Below, piece after piece: positions 1-9,768 of a DNA stretch of 64,000 nucleotides. Every line of letters starts with the position of its first letter. The stretch's first letter is position 1. The notes under the pieces were generated by a model. The model did not search any database. It worked only from the letters and a program-made list of their open reading frames with translations, and was not told the origin of the DNA. The stretch lies in NCBI GenBank assembly GCA_016193285.1, contig JACPSL010000018.1, positions 91,535-155,534 on the forward strand, given 5' to 3'. This DNA is from Candidatus Melainabacteria bacterium. GTDB taxonomy: Bacteria > Cyanobacteriota > Vampirovibrionia > 2-02-FULL-35-15. The translations under genes were made by a program, and so were the position numbers.

Positions 1-202
1 CATCTTCTCCCCTTTTGAATACCCAGGAATCCAAAAGTTCATATGCAGTACCACCTAGTAATGCTGCTCCTGCAACATGTCTTCTTTTTATATCTTCATA
101 CCAGCATCTTTTATCTTTTGGAGTGTAAGTAGTACCAAATAATTGCCTGTCCCAGAAACCAACTGTGGTTTTTATTTCTACTGTTTTCAAAGCATCAACC
201 AT
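1..202 (-). CDS. hypothetical protein, runs off the window edge (MVDALKTVEIKTTVGFWDRQLFG...)
   Basis: Open minus-strand frame from ATG at 202 to position 1, translated by hand; not in the ORF track. Confidence 0.5.
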   Translation of the reverse strand, partial: MVDALKTVEIKTTVGFWDRQLFGTTYTPKDKRCWYEDIKRRHVAGAALLGGTAYELLDSWVFKRGED

Positions 203-327
203 TGATAAACCTTGTAAAATATTCTACTCTTTTAAATAAATTGTCTTCTCTGATATTACAAAACAAGCTTCTTAACCTGCAATAGTTAAGAGCTACAAAA
301 TCTTAAATAAAGATAAAAAATTATAAA

Positions 328-522
328 TTACTTACTTTTTTCATCTTCTTCAGTTAAGCCTGCTTTTATTTCAGTAGCAGTTGAAGTCAATGATTCTTTA
401 AAGTTTTTTAATCCTTTTCCTAAGTTACGCCCAAGCTCAGGTAATTTTTTTGGCCCAAATATAACTAATGCAATTCCTAAGATTACTATTACTTCTGGAA
501 ATCCAAGGTTAAAAGGAAGCAT
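328..522 (-). CDS. tatA: twin-arginine translocase subunit TatA/E
   Basis: [36 protein letters not shown] signature. Confidence 0.95.
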   Translation of the reverse strand: MLPFNLGFPEVIVILGIALVIFGPKKLPELGRNLGKGLKNFKESLTSTATEIKAGLTEEDEKSK

Positions 523-527
523 AACAA

Positions 528-2828
528 CTAAATACTAGCACAATTATTTACAAATGCAAATGCCCAAATTGATCCTGGCCTCTGATAAAGAGATGCTCTA
601 AAGTTCCCATTTATATCCCACGCTTCAGGAGTTCTAAACCAGTATCCTTTTTCATTGTAGACAACATTATAAATACCAAACGCAGTTTGAAGTGATTCTT
701 TTTTTAATCCCCTTAATTCCATATGTGATGCTAAAGCTAATGTAACTCCTGACCATATTTCATTTGATTGAGTGTTTAGTTTCCAGATTTTACTTTCTGG
801 AAGTAAAGTGCCATCTGGATTTATACCATTTATTGCACCAATATTTCCATTACCTATTTTTTTTACATTGAACTCAAAGATTTTTCTTAAAACCTTTTCA
901 ACTCTGTCTTTTTGAAAAATATCTCCAAGCCCTAAAAGATCTGCATACCACTGACCACAAAGCTGGTCTGCCATTATGTTCTCTTTATGTGAGCTTTTTG
1001 TATCGTATAAGTAATATTCACCATTCCAAAGTTTTGACTCAAGATTTATTCTTCCAATTTCAAACCAACTTTTAAAAAGCTCGTGATCTTTATTTAATAA
1101 TTTTGCGATTTCAACTACTGCTAATAAAGATGCTAGCCAAAGGCCATTACAATAAGTGCTAGCTCCATGCATTGTCCAATTATCATATGTTTGATCAGGA
1201 ATATTATCATTTTCAATTAAGCAATCATTGTCTCTGTCAAATTGTTTTAAATATTTAATTGCTTCAATTATGGGAAGCCATGCTGATTTTAAAAACTCAA
1301 TATCTTTTTTACCTGTAAAATAAAAATCACGATAAATTAAAAGTATAAATTTTGAATTTAAATCTTTCCATAGATTTACGTTTATATGCGAGTAAGCATT
1401 AATTTTTAAAAAAGGATCCTCATAAGGTGCTCCTAAATCGTGTGGTGCTGCTCCTTTTACTTTTCTTTCAGCCTTTGTTCTGTCAAGTGGATGGTCAAAA
1501 AACTTTTGCTCTTTAATTTCAAAATCAATTGTTTTTAAGTAGTCTTTCATTATTAATATCTCAAGCTCAGGCCATAGTTTTAAAAGAGGAAACGAGCCGT
1601 AAAACCTTACATCGAGTGTTTCATAAAATGGATAGTCAAAACATTCAAGAGAGCCAAAATGTTCTTCTTGCCTAAAAAACAAGTTGCTCTCTCTTTGTTC
1701 TGATTTCGCCGATACGCCGATACGCCGATACGTTGATGCTTGTTCTCTCCCTGCTGTCCAGATTGTTCCTCCAGCTGCTAGAAAATATAGTTCATTAATC
1801 AAAAGTATCTTAAACCAGTCAGGTTTATCAGTTCGTAAAAATTCTTCCTGCCAATTTTTTATTTCACTTATCCATTTTTCATGATTATTAAATGCTTTGC
1901 GTGCAATTTTTACTACGTTCTTCCCATCTCTGCCAAAAAACTTTGTATAGTGCTTGTACCACTTAGTACCACAACCAGATTCCAATATTGGGAAATCCCA
2001 AGCAAGTACAAAAACAATTGTCTTTCTTTCATAAGGTTTTAGCTTTACTTTTGCACAGATTGCACCAGGAGAATCTTTTAAATTTGATGAAGAGCTAAGA
2101 GCTCCCACTTTTGAAAATGTTTTCCAAATCTCAGAGCCATCTCCATGCTCAGAGAAAGCATTTGCATAACTTACTTCTACATCTTCTCTTTGAACAAAAA
2201 TCCCCATTTGTCCATATTTGTAGTCTTTTTTCTGGCTTAAGTTATCAAAAATTAATCCATAAAAATTGTTTTCTTGATAAAAGAAATTTTCCTTGCTTCC
2301 AAATATACTTTGCCAGCTCCAAAGTAATGAAATCTCTCTTTCACTCTTAGTAGGATTTGAAATATGCCATCTAAAAATTGCAAGAGGATAACTAGTATCC
2401 TGATAATTGTGTGGAATGATTGGAGAAAATTGTTCTTGAATTAAATTTAATCCTTCATATTCAAAATAAGCTCTTGGATATAATGCATGATAAGTGCCAT
2501 TTTGTTTTTTCCAAACCCAAGAAGACAGAGAGTTATCATTTGGTTTATAATCATTTAGAATAAAAGCTGTTCCATTCTCATAGAAACCAAACTGACAGGG
2601 AAAAATTGTTTTATAAATATGCTTCCCAACTTCTAGATGCCATCTTGAAAAATCTCCTCTAAATGATTGAGAAAAAGTCCCTGCTCCAAAGCCACCTAAT
2701 GGGATGCCTTGAAAATATCCATCATCAAAATTAGGCAGTCCTCCTTCAGGACCAATTACTTTTACTACTCCAGGTGACTCATGTGGTTCACCAATTTTTC
2801 TTTTCCAGCTTATTTCTGGGATTATCAT
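528..2828 (-). CDS. GH116 beta-glucosidase / non-lysosomal glucosylceramidase family
   Basis: [52 protein letters not shown] and FRTPEAW motifs. Confidence 0.92.
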   Translation of the reverse strand: MIIPEISWKRKIGEPHESPGVVKVIGPEGGLPNFDDGYFQGIPLGGFGAGTFSQSFRGDFSRWHLEVGKHIYKTIFPCQFGFYENGTAFILNDYKPNDNSLSSWVWKKQNGTYHALYPRAYFEYEGLNLIQEQFSPIIPHNYQDTSYPLAIFRWHISNPTKSEREISLLWSWQSIFGSKENFFYQENNFYGLIFDNLSQKKDYKYGQMGIFVQREDVEVSYANAFSEHGDGSEIWKTFSKVGALSSSSNLKDSPGAICAKVKLKPYERKTIVFVLAWDFPILESGCGTKWYKHYTKFFGRDGKNVVKIARKAFNNHEKWISEIKNWQEEFLRTDKPDWFKILLINELYFLAAGGTIWTAGREQASTYRRIGVSAKSEQRESNLFFRQEEHFGSLECFDYPFYETLDVRFYGSFPLLKLWPELEILIMKDYLKTIDFEIKEQKFFDHPLDRTKAERKVKGAAPHDLGAPYEDPFLKINAYSHINVNLWKDLNSKFILLIYRDFYFTGKKDIEFLKSAWLPIIEAIKYLKQFDRDNDCLIENDNIPDQTYDNWTMHGASTYCNGLWLASLLAVVEIAKLLNKDHELFKSWFEIGRINLESKLWNGEYYLYDTKSSHKENIMADQLCGQWYADLLGLGDIFQKDRVEKVLRKIFEFNVKKIGNGNIGAINGINPDGTLLPESKIWKLNTQSNEIWSGVTLALASHMELRGLKKESLQTAFGIYNVVYNEKGYWFRTPEAWDINGNFRASLYQRPGSIWAFAFVNNCASI
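1707..1738. repeat. octamer tandem repeat (CGCCGATA)x3 plus a degenerate unit, inside the GH116 gene
   Basis: cgccgata cgccgata cgccgata cgttgatg; encodes [10 protein letters not shown] on the minus strand. Confidence 0.85.
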
Positions 2829-2968
2829 AAGATATATGACAAGTATATAAGCCAGGAAGTTTCTAACTGTATTTCTAATTTAGGGTTAACGGGTCATATA
2901 AAAATTTTATATTCTTTTAATTTATTTTTAGTTTAAAAACTTTTCTTGCGAGGAAAGATATCTAAGCA

Positions 2969-3139
2969 ATGAAGCACAAGAAAAAATTAAAGGATAAAAA
3001 AATGCTTGGAAGTTTTATAGGGAAACTTGATAAGGGAGTTTGCATTATTAGCTTAGTAATATTTTCATTACTTACAATGACAATTATTACATCTGACTTA
3101 TTTAGAGTATTTGATATAACTGGGGTGTTTAAGCAGTAG
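2969..3139 (+). CDS. small single-TM membrane protein, 56 aa (alternative start at 3002)
   Basis: Hand-translated MKHKKKLKDKKMLGSFIGKLDKGVCIISLVIFSLLTMTIITSDLFRVFDITGVFKQ; basic N-terminus followed by a hydrophobic helix; GAGGA/AAGGA upstream. Confidence 0.55.
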   Translation: MKHKKKLKDKKMLGSFIGKLDKGVCIISLVIFSLLTMTIITSDLFRVFDITGVFKQ

Positions 3140-3141
3140 AT

Positions 3142-3213
3142 TGGGCACTATTGGAATCGAACCAATACTTTCTTCCGTGTGAAGGAAGCGTTTTGCCATT
3201 AAACTAAGCGCCC
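3142..3213 (-). tRNA. tRNA-Val(CAC)
   Basis: Reverse complement GGGCGCTTAGTTTAATGG...CTTCC-TT-CAC-AC-GGAAG...GGTTCGATTCC...AGTGCCCA folds as a cloverleaf; CCA not encoded. Confidence 0.95.
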
Positions 3214-3348
3214 TTAAATACCTTGACTGTCCTATTATAAGACACGCTAGATTAAATAAATTTTATCTACTTAGCTATTGACTATAAGAACAAAATGAAA
3301 TAGATTATTTAAATATTATTATTTAAGCATCTTTTAAAAGGAGGAAAT

Positions 3349-3525
3349 ATGACATCTATAAAGATAGGACCTTTAGCTCTCTATAGCAAAATTAGACGAC
3401 CTCAAAAGAGTTTTTCTTCACGGGATAGAGAAGCAATATCTCGCTCTCAAGCTAGTACTCTTCCACCTGAGCATCAATCTAATTTCAGAAGACATATGAA
3501 ACGCCCTAATTTACACTTTGTTTAA
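3349..3525 (+). CDS. small basic hypothetical protein, 58 aa
   Basis: Strong AAGGAGG Shine-Dalgarno before the ATG; MTSIKIGPLALYSKIRRPQKSFSSRDREAISRSQASTLPPEHQSNFRRHMKRPNLHFV. Confidence 0.55.
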   Translation: MTSIKIGPLALYSKIRRPQKSFSSRDREAISRSQASTLPPEHQSNFRRHMKRPNLHFV

Positions 3526-3569
3526 AAATTTGTTCGTGGAGGTATATCTCAACTCGGGAGAATATTGTC

Positions 3570-3911
3570 ATGAAACAAATATTATTTTTATTAATTAGTT
3601 TAATTTTAATCTCAAGCGATCTTGCATTTGCTACGTGTGGTTATAGAGCACCAGAAATACAAACTCGTCAAAGAAGCTCATTAGTAATTCCTGAATCAAC
3701 AAATAACATAAAAAAACTTGCAGCAATTTCAAAAAAAGATGCAAAGAAATTTGCTACATCTCAATATCACGGTAAAGTTAAAAAAGCAGAACTTATAACA
3801 GAAGACGGCACACTTGTTTGGAAACTTGAAGTTAAAGGTGAACAAGGACAAAAGGAATTATTTATTGATCCAGCAAATGGTACGTTTTTAGGATACGGGT
3901 TAACTAAATAA
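3570..3911 (+). CDS. secreted PepSY-domain protein
   Basis: Signal peptide; ISKKDAKKFA...GKVKKAEL..EDGTLVWKLEV...ELFIDPANG pattern. Confidence 0.8.
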   Translation: MKQILFLLISLILISSDLAFATCGYRAPEIQTRQRSSLVIPESTNNIKKLAAISKKDAKKFATSQYHGKVKKAELITEDGTLVWKLEVKGEQGQKELFIDPANGTFLGYGLTK

Positions 3912-3943
3912 AGAAGCAGGTATGTTATTTTATTTAGTTAACC

Positions 3944-5317
3944 GTGAGAGAAATTCTTGAAAAAACAAAACTAAAATACAAAAAAAATATTCTTGAAACA
4001 ATAGGTTACACTCCGTTAATTCAACTTACAAAGATAACAAAAGGTTTAAAGCCACTAATTCTTATCAAAGCAGAGTTTTTTAATCCTGGCGGATCTGTTA
4101 AAGATCGTCCTGCAATAAAAATGATTGAAGAAGCAGAAAAAAAAGGATTATTAAAACCAGGAGGAACAATAATTGAACCTACTAGTGGAAACACTGGCGT
4201 AGGACTTGCTCAAGTTGCAGCTGTAAAAGGATATCGGTGTGTACTAGTAATGCCAGATAAAATGAGTGAAGAAAAGTTTGCACTTCTTAAAGCATATGGT
4301 GCTGAAGTAGTAAAAGTGCCTACTACTGCTACTTCAAGTCCAGAGAGTTATAACAATGTAGCTCAAAGACTAGCTACAGAAATTCCCGGAGCATTTTTAC
4401 CAAATCAGTTTCAAAATCCTGATAATCCAAAAGCTCACTATGAAACAACTGGACCAGAAATTTGGGAAGATACACATGGAAAAGTTACACATCTTGTTGC
4501 AGGAGTTGGAACAGGTGGAACAATTTCTGGAATTGCTAAATTTTTAAAAGAAAAAAATCCAAAAATTAAAATAATTGGTGTAGATCCTGAAGGATCAATT
4601 TACTCAGGTGATTATAGTAAGTCATATAAGATTGAAGGAATTGGAGAAGACTTTTTACCTCGCAATGTAAATCTGTCGTTAATTGATCAATTTGAAAGAG
4701 TTAATGATAAAGATGCTTTTGAAACAGCTAGAAAGCTAGCAAAAGAAGAAGGGATTTTAGCTGGTGGATCTGCTGGAGCTGCAGTTTGTGGAGCTATAAG
4801 AATTGCTAAAAACTTAAAAGAGAATGACATAGTAGTAGTAATTCTTCCTGACACTGGAAGAGCTTATCTAAGTAAGATTTACTCAGACAAATGGATGAAA
4901 GAAATGGGATTTCTTGCAGGCAGCCCATACAGGATAACATTAAAAGAATTGTTAACAAAAAAAGAATTTTCAGATAAGCTAATCTCTATAAATTACAGAG
5001 CTACTGTCAAAGAAGCAATTGAAGTAATGAGAAAAGACAGCATTTCACAATTACCTGTTGTAAAAGGAAATGGTTATGTTGGGAGCTTAAGTGAAATTGC
5101 ATTAATGCAGGGGATTTTTGATAGAACAATTCAGACTAATGATCCTATTGAAAAAATAATGGGCAAGCCTTTCCCAGAGCTTGATGAAAATACTGAAGCA
5201 GAAGAAGCATTTAAAGAATTTGCTCTTGGCGGTTCAGCAATTATTGTAAAAAGAAGTGACAAGCCAGTTGGACTTTTAACAAAGATAGATTTGCTTGATC
5301 AGTTTTTAAGTAAATAG
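3944..5317 (+). CDS. cbs: cystathionine beta-synthase (PLP domain plus C-terminal CBS pair)
   Basis: NPGGSVKDR, EPTSGNTG, GVGTGGT; C-terminal ISQLPVV...GLLTKIDLL CBS domains. Confidence 0.92.
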   Translation: MREILEKTKLKYKKNILETIGYTPLIQLTKITKGLKPLILIKAEFFNPGGSVKDRPAIKMIEEAEKKGLLKPGGTIIEPTSGNTGVGLAQVAAVKGYRCVLVMPDKMSEEKFALLKAYGAEVVKVPTTATSSPESYNNVAQRLATEIPGAFLPNQFQNPDNPKAHYETTGPEIWEDTHGKVTHLVAGVGTGGTISGIAKFLKEKNPKIKIIGVDPEGSIYSGDYSKSYKIEGIGEDFLPRNVNLSLIDQFERVNDKDAFETARKLAKEEGILAGGSAGAAVCGAIRIAKNLKENDIVVVILPDTGRAYLSKIYSDKWMKEMGFLAGSPYRITLKELLTKKEFSDKLISINYRATVKEAIEVMRKDSISQLPVVKGNGYVGSLSEIALMQGIFDRTIQTNDPIEKIMGKPFPELDENTEAEEAFKEFALGGSAIIVKRSDKPVGLLTKIDLLDQFLSK

Positions 5318-5388
5318 CTTTATATCTTAGGTTTAATCAGGGATTTGTTTCTAAGATTTATTAAGTGGGTATAATATCCCTGTAAAAA

Positions 5389-8300
5389 ATGAAAAAATTA
5401 ATTTGTTTAATCTTCGTATTGTCTATTAATCTTCCAACCCTTGCAGCACTAGGCATTAACTATGGAAATCTTTTTACTATTCCTCTTTTAGAAAATCATA
5501 AAGATAAAAGTACTATACTTCTTGCTCAGTCACAAACAAGTTTTTCAGGATCTACTAGTGGTAACAATGAAACACCATTTTCTGACACAGTTAAGATGTA
5601 CCTGTCCTCTACCCCTTCAAACTTACTTGGAGCTTATGAACATTACAAACCTCAATCAGCTCATCTAAACTTAACTGGTACATCTCAAACTACTCCAGCA
5701 TTTACTATTACAGCAAATGCTACTTTTACAAATCAAGCTTGGTCAATCACTGATGTTCAATTAAGTGGCACAGTTCCTACCAGCTATACTGTTCCTGAAC
5801 TTATAATCGATGATATTGTTGCTCAAATTGGAGGTCCTCAGTGTACTGGAACTAAATTTATTGCTGTAAAAACAATGGGTGGTCAAGATTATCTCATTAC
5901 TTGGATGATTGACGGCACCTCAACCAATGAAACTCGTCCTGTTTTACTTCCTAGACTTCAATTAACTCCATGGATAGGTGATAAGAGAGGCTGGCTTATT
6001 AAAATAAGAAACACAAACCCAGAAGGCGGGTTTGATCCTTATGCAGTTCCTTATGGACAAGACAATGTAAACCTAAAAAATTTAATCGATCCAATCATAA
6101 ATGTAATAAACAGATTGTCTAATAATCAAGTCAGGATGTTTTATGAAATAAAAGAAGCTTATTATAATGGACCTACAAATATAAGTTGCCAACTAAATCA
6201 AAACCCAATTATAAGTAATGTTCTTACTAATCTAGGAATCAATGAAACAAACTGGCGAAGCAGCTTTGACTTTTCAGTATACACAATGTACAAAATATTG
6301 CTTGATGCCTTCAAGCAGTATGAGAATTGTTATATACCACAAGGTACTGCCGCTTTTTGTGCTGCTGGTGCATGGTATCCAGATATTATTACTTCCTCTT
6401 TCAACGAAAGAACTTTTCAACATGAATTTGGACACACTATAAAATTTCCTCATCCATATTTAAATATCAATTGTGAAGGTGGCAATCCTCAAAACGTAAT
6501 AGCAAACCAGGTATTTGACAGCTGCAATGATTCACCAAGAAGCCCAACTTCAAATATGGGCCCAAACAATGGATTTTGGTGGAGTCCTATGGAAAGAGCT
6601 ATTCTTGGCTGGTTAAAAGGAGCTCAAGTAAAATCAATATCAAAGACTGGAATATATGACTTATACAGTGATAACGACGATCTTACTTCTGATCCTAGTA
6701 AACCTCTTATCCTTCAAGTACCAGTTAAAGTTAATAACATAACTGATTTTATTTATTTAACGCTACCAAATATAAGTGATGTAACTTACTGTTATAGTAG
6801 GACTGGTGAAACAGAGTTCATAGATCATTACAGTATGGGAGTTGAACTTAGTGCAGCGCACAATTTAAATCTTGATTTTACTGCATCAAGATTTGGTAGA
6901 AGTCTTTATTCAGTTGGATTAAAAGTATATAGTTACAACAATCAACCGTACAATGATGGTGACTGGCAAGCAGAAAGAAATGCTACATTCAAAAATACTA
7001 TACAACCTGATCAAGAAGTTCATCTAAATTGGCAAGGTACAGATGTCGTAATAAGAAATTTAGAACGCAGCGGTAATCATGCAAGAATTAGTATTCAATA
7101 CAACGAAGACATAACTTTATCTTCCTCATCAAGCTCATCAAGTAGTTCAAGTTCATCTTCATCATCAAGTTCGTCAAGTTCCTCTTCTAGTTCATCTTCT
7201 TCTAGCTCAGGTGGTTCATCATCATCATCATCTTCTTCTTCTAGTTCATCTTCCTCAAGTTCATCTTCTTCTAGCTCAGGTGGTTCATCATCATCTTCTT
7301 CTTCTAGTTCATCTTCCTCAAGTTCATCTTCTTCTAGCTCATCAAGTAGTTCAAGTTCATCTTCATCATCAAGTAGTAGTTCTTCCTCAGGTGGTTCATC
7401 ATCATCTTCTTCTAGTAGTTCATCATCTTCTTCTTCAAGTAGCTCTTCAGGTGGAGTAGATGGTAGCTCATCATCAAGTAGTAGTTCTTCTTCAGGTGGT
7501 TTCTCTACTTCAACAACCTCAAGTACTTCTACAGGTGGTACTTCTACCTCAACAACTTCAAGCACTACTTCATCTACAACCTCAAGTACTACAACTGGTG
7601 GTGCTCCAAGTTTAGGTGGTGGTGGTCTGTTTTTACCTTTAGAACCTCCTCCACAAACACCAGTACCTATTACATCTCCAACACCAAGTCCACAAGTACC
7701 TGAAGAGCCAATAACATCTCCTCCTCCAATTGCTACGGATCAAGGAAATGAAACAAAAAGTAATGAGAAGGAAATTGAACTTATTTTATCCTCTCAATTA
7801 CCTAATACTGCTTGGCAATCGCTTACACCAGATGAGTTGTCTAGTAATGTTAGTCTTGCATATAGTGATTCAAGCCTAACATTTGAAATTAAGCTTGCAA
7901 ACGATATTTCTAGTTCAGATATAGTTGCTCTTGATCTGGTAGATAGTAAGGGTACTGAATTTAAAAATATTCCGTTTACATTAACTTCAACTTCAAAAAA
8001 TTTAAATAATTTTATTTTAAGTTTTCAAATGCCTAGTAATATTGCTAAGGGCAAAATGACATTTAAACTAACATCAAATAAGGATACTACCTTTATTGGA
8101 TCAGTTAGAATTGTTAATTCTTTAAACATTGTAGCCATTACTTCTGGAAAAGAAAAAATCATTTCAAAACCAGTTATTAATAAGATTCAAGTAAAAAAGA
8201 AAAATAACAATGTTATCTTAGGTTTATTAGGCAATGGCTTTATAGATAAAAAACCACTTTTTACTAAAGATGGTAAGAAAACAGTCTTAAGAAGTAATAA

Positions 8301-8502
8301 AGGTAGTGAAAACACTATAGTTACAGTATTCCCAAGCAATCTAAATATAAACCAAAAGATAACTTCTATTTCAAAAAATGGCAGGAGCCTTACGATAAAG
8401 TTAGTTTTAAATAAAGAAGATCTTAAAGAACAAGTTCAAGGTATTGTTACTGTTGCTACCCCAAGAGGAATTACATCCAAGCAATTTGTAATCGATAAAT
8501 AA
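5389..8502 (+). CDS. secreted metzincin-like zinc metalloprotease with poly-Ser/Thr/Pro linker and an uncharacterised C-terminal domain
   Basis: Signal peptide; HEFGHTIKFPH zinc motif, probable Met-turn SNMG, and ERAILGWL (M11/M6-like). Confidence 0.7.
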   Translation: MKKLICLIFVLSINLPTLAALGINYGNLFTIPLLENHKDKSTILLAQSQTSFSGSTSGNNETPFSDTVKMYLSSTPSNLLGAYEHYKPQSAHLNLTGTSQTTPAFTITANATFTNQAWSITDVQLSGTVPTSYTVPELIIDDIVAQIGGPQCTGTKFIAVKTMGGQDYLITWMIDGTSTNETRPVLLPRLQLTPWIGDKRGWLIKIRNTNPEGGFDPYAVPYGQDNVNLKNLIDPIINVINRLSNNQVRMFYEIKEAYYNGPTNISCQLNQNPIISNVLTNLGINETNWRSSFDFSVYTMYKILLDAFKQYENCYIPQGTAAFCAAGAWYPDIITSSFNERTFQHEFGHTIKFPHPYLNINCEGGNPQNVIANQVFDSCNDSPRSPTSNMGPNNGFWWSPMERAILGWLKGAQVKSISKTGIYDLYSDNDDLTSDPSKPLILQVPVKVNNITDFIYLTLPNISDVTYCYSRTGETEFIDHYSMGVELSAAHNLNLDFTASRFGRSLYSVGLKVYSYNNQPYNDGDWQAERNATFKNTIQPDQEVHLNWQGTDVVIRNLERSGNHARISIQYNEDITLSSSSSSSSSSSSSSSSSSSSSSSSSSSSSSGGSSSSSSSSSSSSSSSSSSSSSGGSSSSSSSSSSSSSSSSSSSSSSSSSSSSSSSSSSSGGSSSSSSSSSSSSSSSSSSGGVDGSSSSSSSSSSGGFSTSTTSSTSTGGTSTSTTSSTTSSTTSSTTTGGAPSLGGGGLFLPLEPPPQTPVPITSPTPSPQVPEEPITSPPPIATDQGNETKSNEKEIELILSSQLPNTAWQSLTPDELSSNVSLAYSDSSLTFEIKLANDISSSDIVALDLVDSKGTEFKNIPFTLTSTSKNLNNFILSFQMPSNIAKGKMTFKLTSNKDTTFIGSVRIVNSLNIVAITSGKEKIISKPVINKIQVKKKNNNVILGLLGNGFIDKKPLFTKDGKKTVLRSNKGSENTIVTVFPSNLNINQKITSISKNGRSLTIKLVLNKEDLKEQVQGIVTVATPRGITSKQFVIDK
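7119..7600 (+). repeat. low-complexity Ser(Gly)/Thr-coding tract with internal block duplications
   Basis: tca/tct/agt runs; block ctagctcaggtggttcatcatcatc...ttcctcaagttcatcttcttctagctca recurs. Confidence 0.9.
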
Positions 8503-8531
8503 AACTCTACCACAAGTGATAAAATAAAAAT

Positions 8532-9680
8532 ATGCAATTTGAAACAAAAGCAATTCACATTGGTCAAGAACCAGATCCAACTACTGGTGCAACTATTACA
8601 CCTATTTATCAGACATCTACCTTTACACAAGATGCTCTAGGAAAACACAAAGGCTATGAATATTCAAGAACTGGAAACCCTACACGAGCAGCACTTGAAA
8701 CTGTTTTAGCTTCACTTGAAAATGGAAAATATGGGCTTTGTTTTGCTTCTGGATTAGCAGCTACAGTAAATGTTTTATGCTTGTTACAAGCTGGTGATGA
8801 GATTTTAGCTTGTGATGATCTTTATGGCGGTACAATTAGACTCTTTAACAGAGTATTTCCTAACTTCAATATTAAAACTACTTATGTAGATGGTACAAAT
8901 CAAAAAAACTTTGAAGATGGAATTACATCAAAAACTAAATTAATCTGGATTGAAACACCAACTAACCCTATGCTAAGACTTTGTGATATAAGTGCTATTA
9001 GTAAAGTCGCAAGACAAAGGGCGGATGGCCATCTGCCCCTACTGGCTGTTGATAATACATTTGCAAGCCCATTTTTTCAAAAGCCTCTTGATCTTGGTGC
9101 AGACATTGTAATCCATAGCACAACTAAATACTTAGGTGGGCACAGTGATGTAGTTGGTGGCACAGTAATTGTAAGTGATAAAAATATTTATGAAAAAATA
9201 AAGTTTTATCAAAATGCTCTTGGTGCAACACCAGGACCACTTGATTCATGGCTCATACTAAGAGGGGTTAAAACCTTGGCACTTAGAATGAAAAAACATG
9301 AAGAAAATGCAATCAAGGTAGCAGAGTTTCTAGAAAAACATCCAATAGTAAAAAAAGTAAATTACCCAGGCTTAAAATCTCACCCTCAGTATGAACTTGC
9401 AAAAAAACAAATGACTGGGTTTGGTGGAATGATATCTTTTGAAGTAAAAGGTGGAAGAGACATTGTTAAAAAAATAGTTGAATCAACTAAGCTCTTTGCA
9501 CTTGCTGAAAGTCTTGGGGGAGTTGAATCGCTGATTAATTTCCCGTTTACAATGACTCATGCAGGAGTTCCTGATAATCATAAAGCAAGGCTTGGTATTA
9601 CAGAAAGTTTAATTAGACTTTCAGTAGGAATTGAAAATACAAATGATTTAATAGATGATTTAAGACAAGCACTAAGTTGA
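8532..9680 (+). CDS. cystathionine gamma-lyase/synthase (Cys/Met metabolism PLP enzyme)
   Basis: YEYSRTGNPT, ETPTNP, DNTFASP, HSTTKYLGGHSD, AESLGGVESL. Confidence 0.93.
   Translation: MQFETKAIHIGQEPDPTTGATITPIYQTSTFTQDALGKHKGYEYSRTGNPTRAALETVLASLENGKYGLCFASGLAATVNVLCLLQAGDEILACDDLYGGTIRLFNRVFPNFNIKTTYVDGTNQKNFEDGITSKTKLIWIETPTNPMLRLCDISAISKVARQRADGHLPLLAVDNTFASPFFQKPLDLGADIVIHSTTKYLGGHSDVVGGTVIVSDKNIYEKIKFYQNALGATPGPLDSWLILRGVKTLALRMKKHEENAIKVAEFLEKHPIVKKVNYPGLKSHPQYELAKKQMTGFGGMISFEVKGGRDIVKKIVESTKLFALAESLGGVESLINFPFTMTHAGVPDNHKARLGITESLIRLSVGIENTNDLIDDLRQALS
9018..9042 (-). repeat. GTAG-type REP-like palindrome, in frame within the cystathionine gamma-lyase gene
   Basis: Minus strand GTAGGGGCAGATGGCCATCCGCCCT; encodes RADGHLPL. 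Confidence 0.75.
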
Positions 9681-9768
9681 AAACAAAGACATACAAATTT
9701 CATTCCTTGGCAATCTATGTTAAAAATAAAAGAAGTTATTCTTAGGATCCAAGAAAGGAAAAAGAAAG

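Noticed and set aside
328..2828. GH116 as a dedicated Tat substrate because tatA follows it
   Set aside because: No twin-arginine signal or hydrophobic region at the GH116 N-terminus
2969..3139. Small TM ORF as the missing Flp pilin
   Set aside because: KG|VCIIS lacks the Glu+5/Tyr+6 Flp motif
3551..3561. AACTCGGGAGA shared with 34018-34028
   Set aside because: Only 11 nt, partly an SD-like sequence, with no common context; could be chance
7095..7565. Acidic E/D/L-rich minus-strand ORF and His/Leu-rich alternate-frame ORF (7211-7459)
   Set aside because: Shadow frames of the poly-Ser tract in the metalloprotease gene
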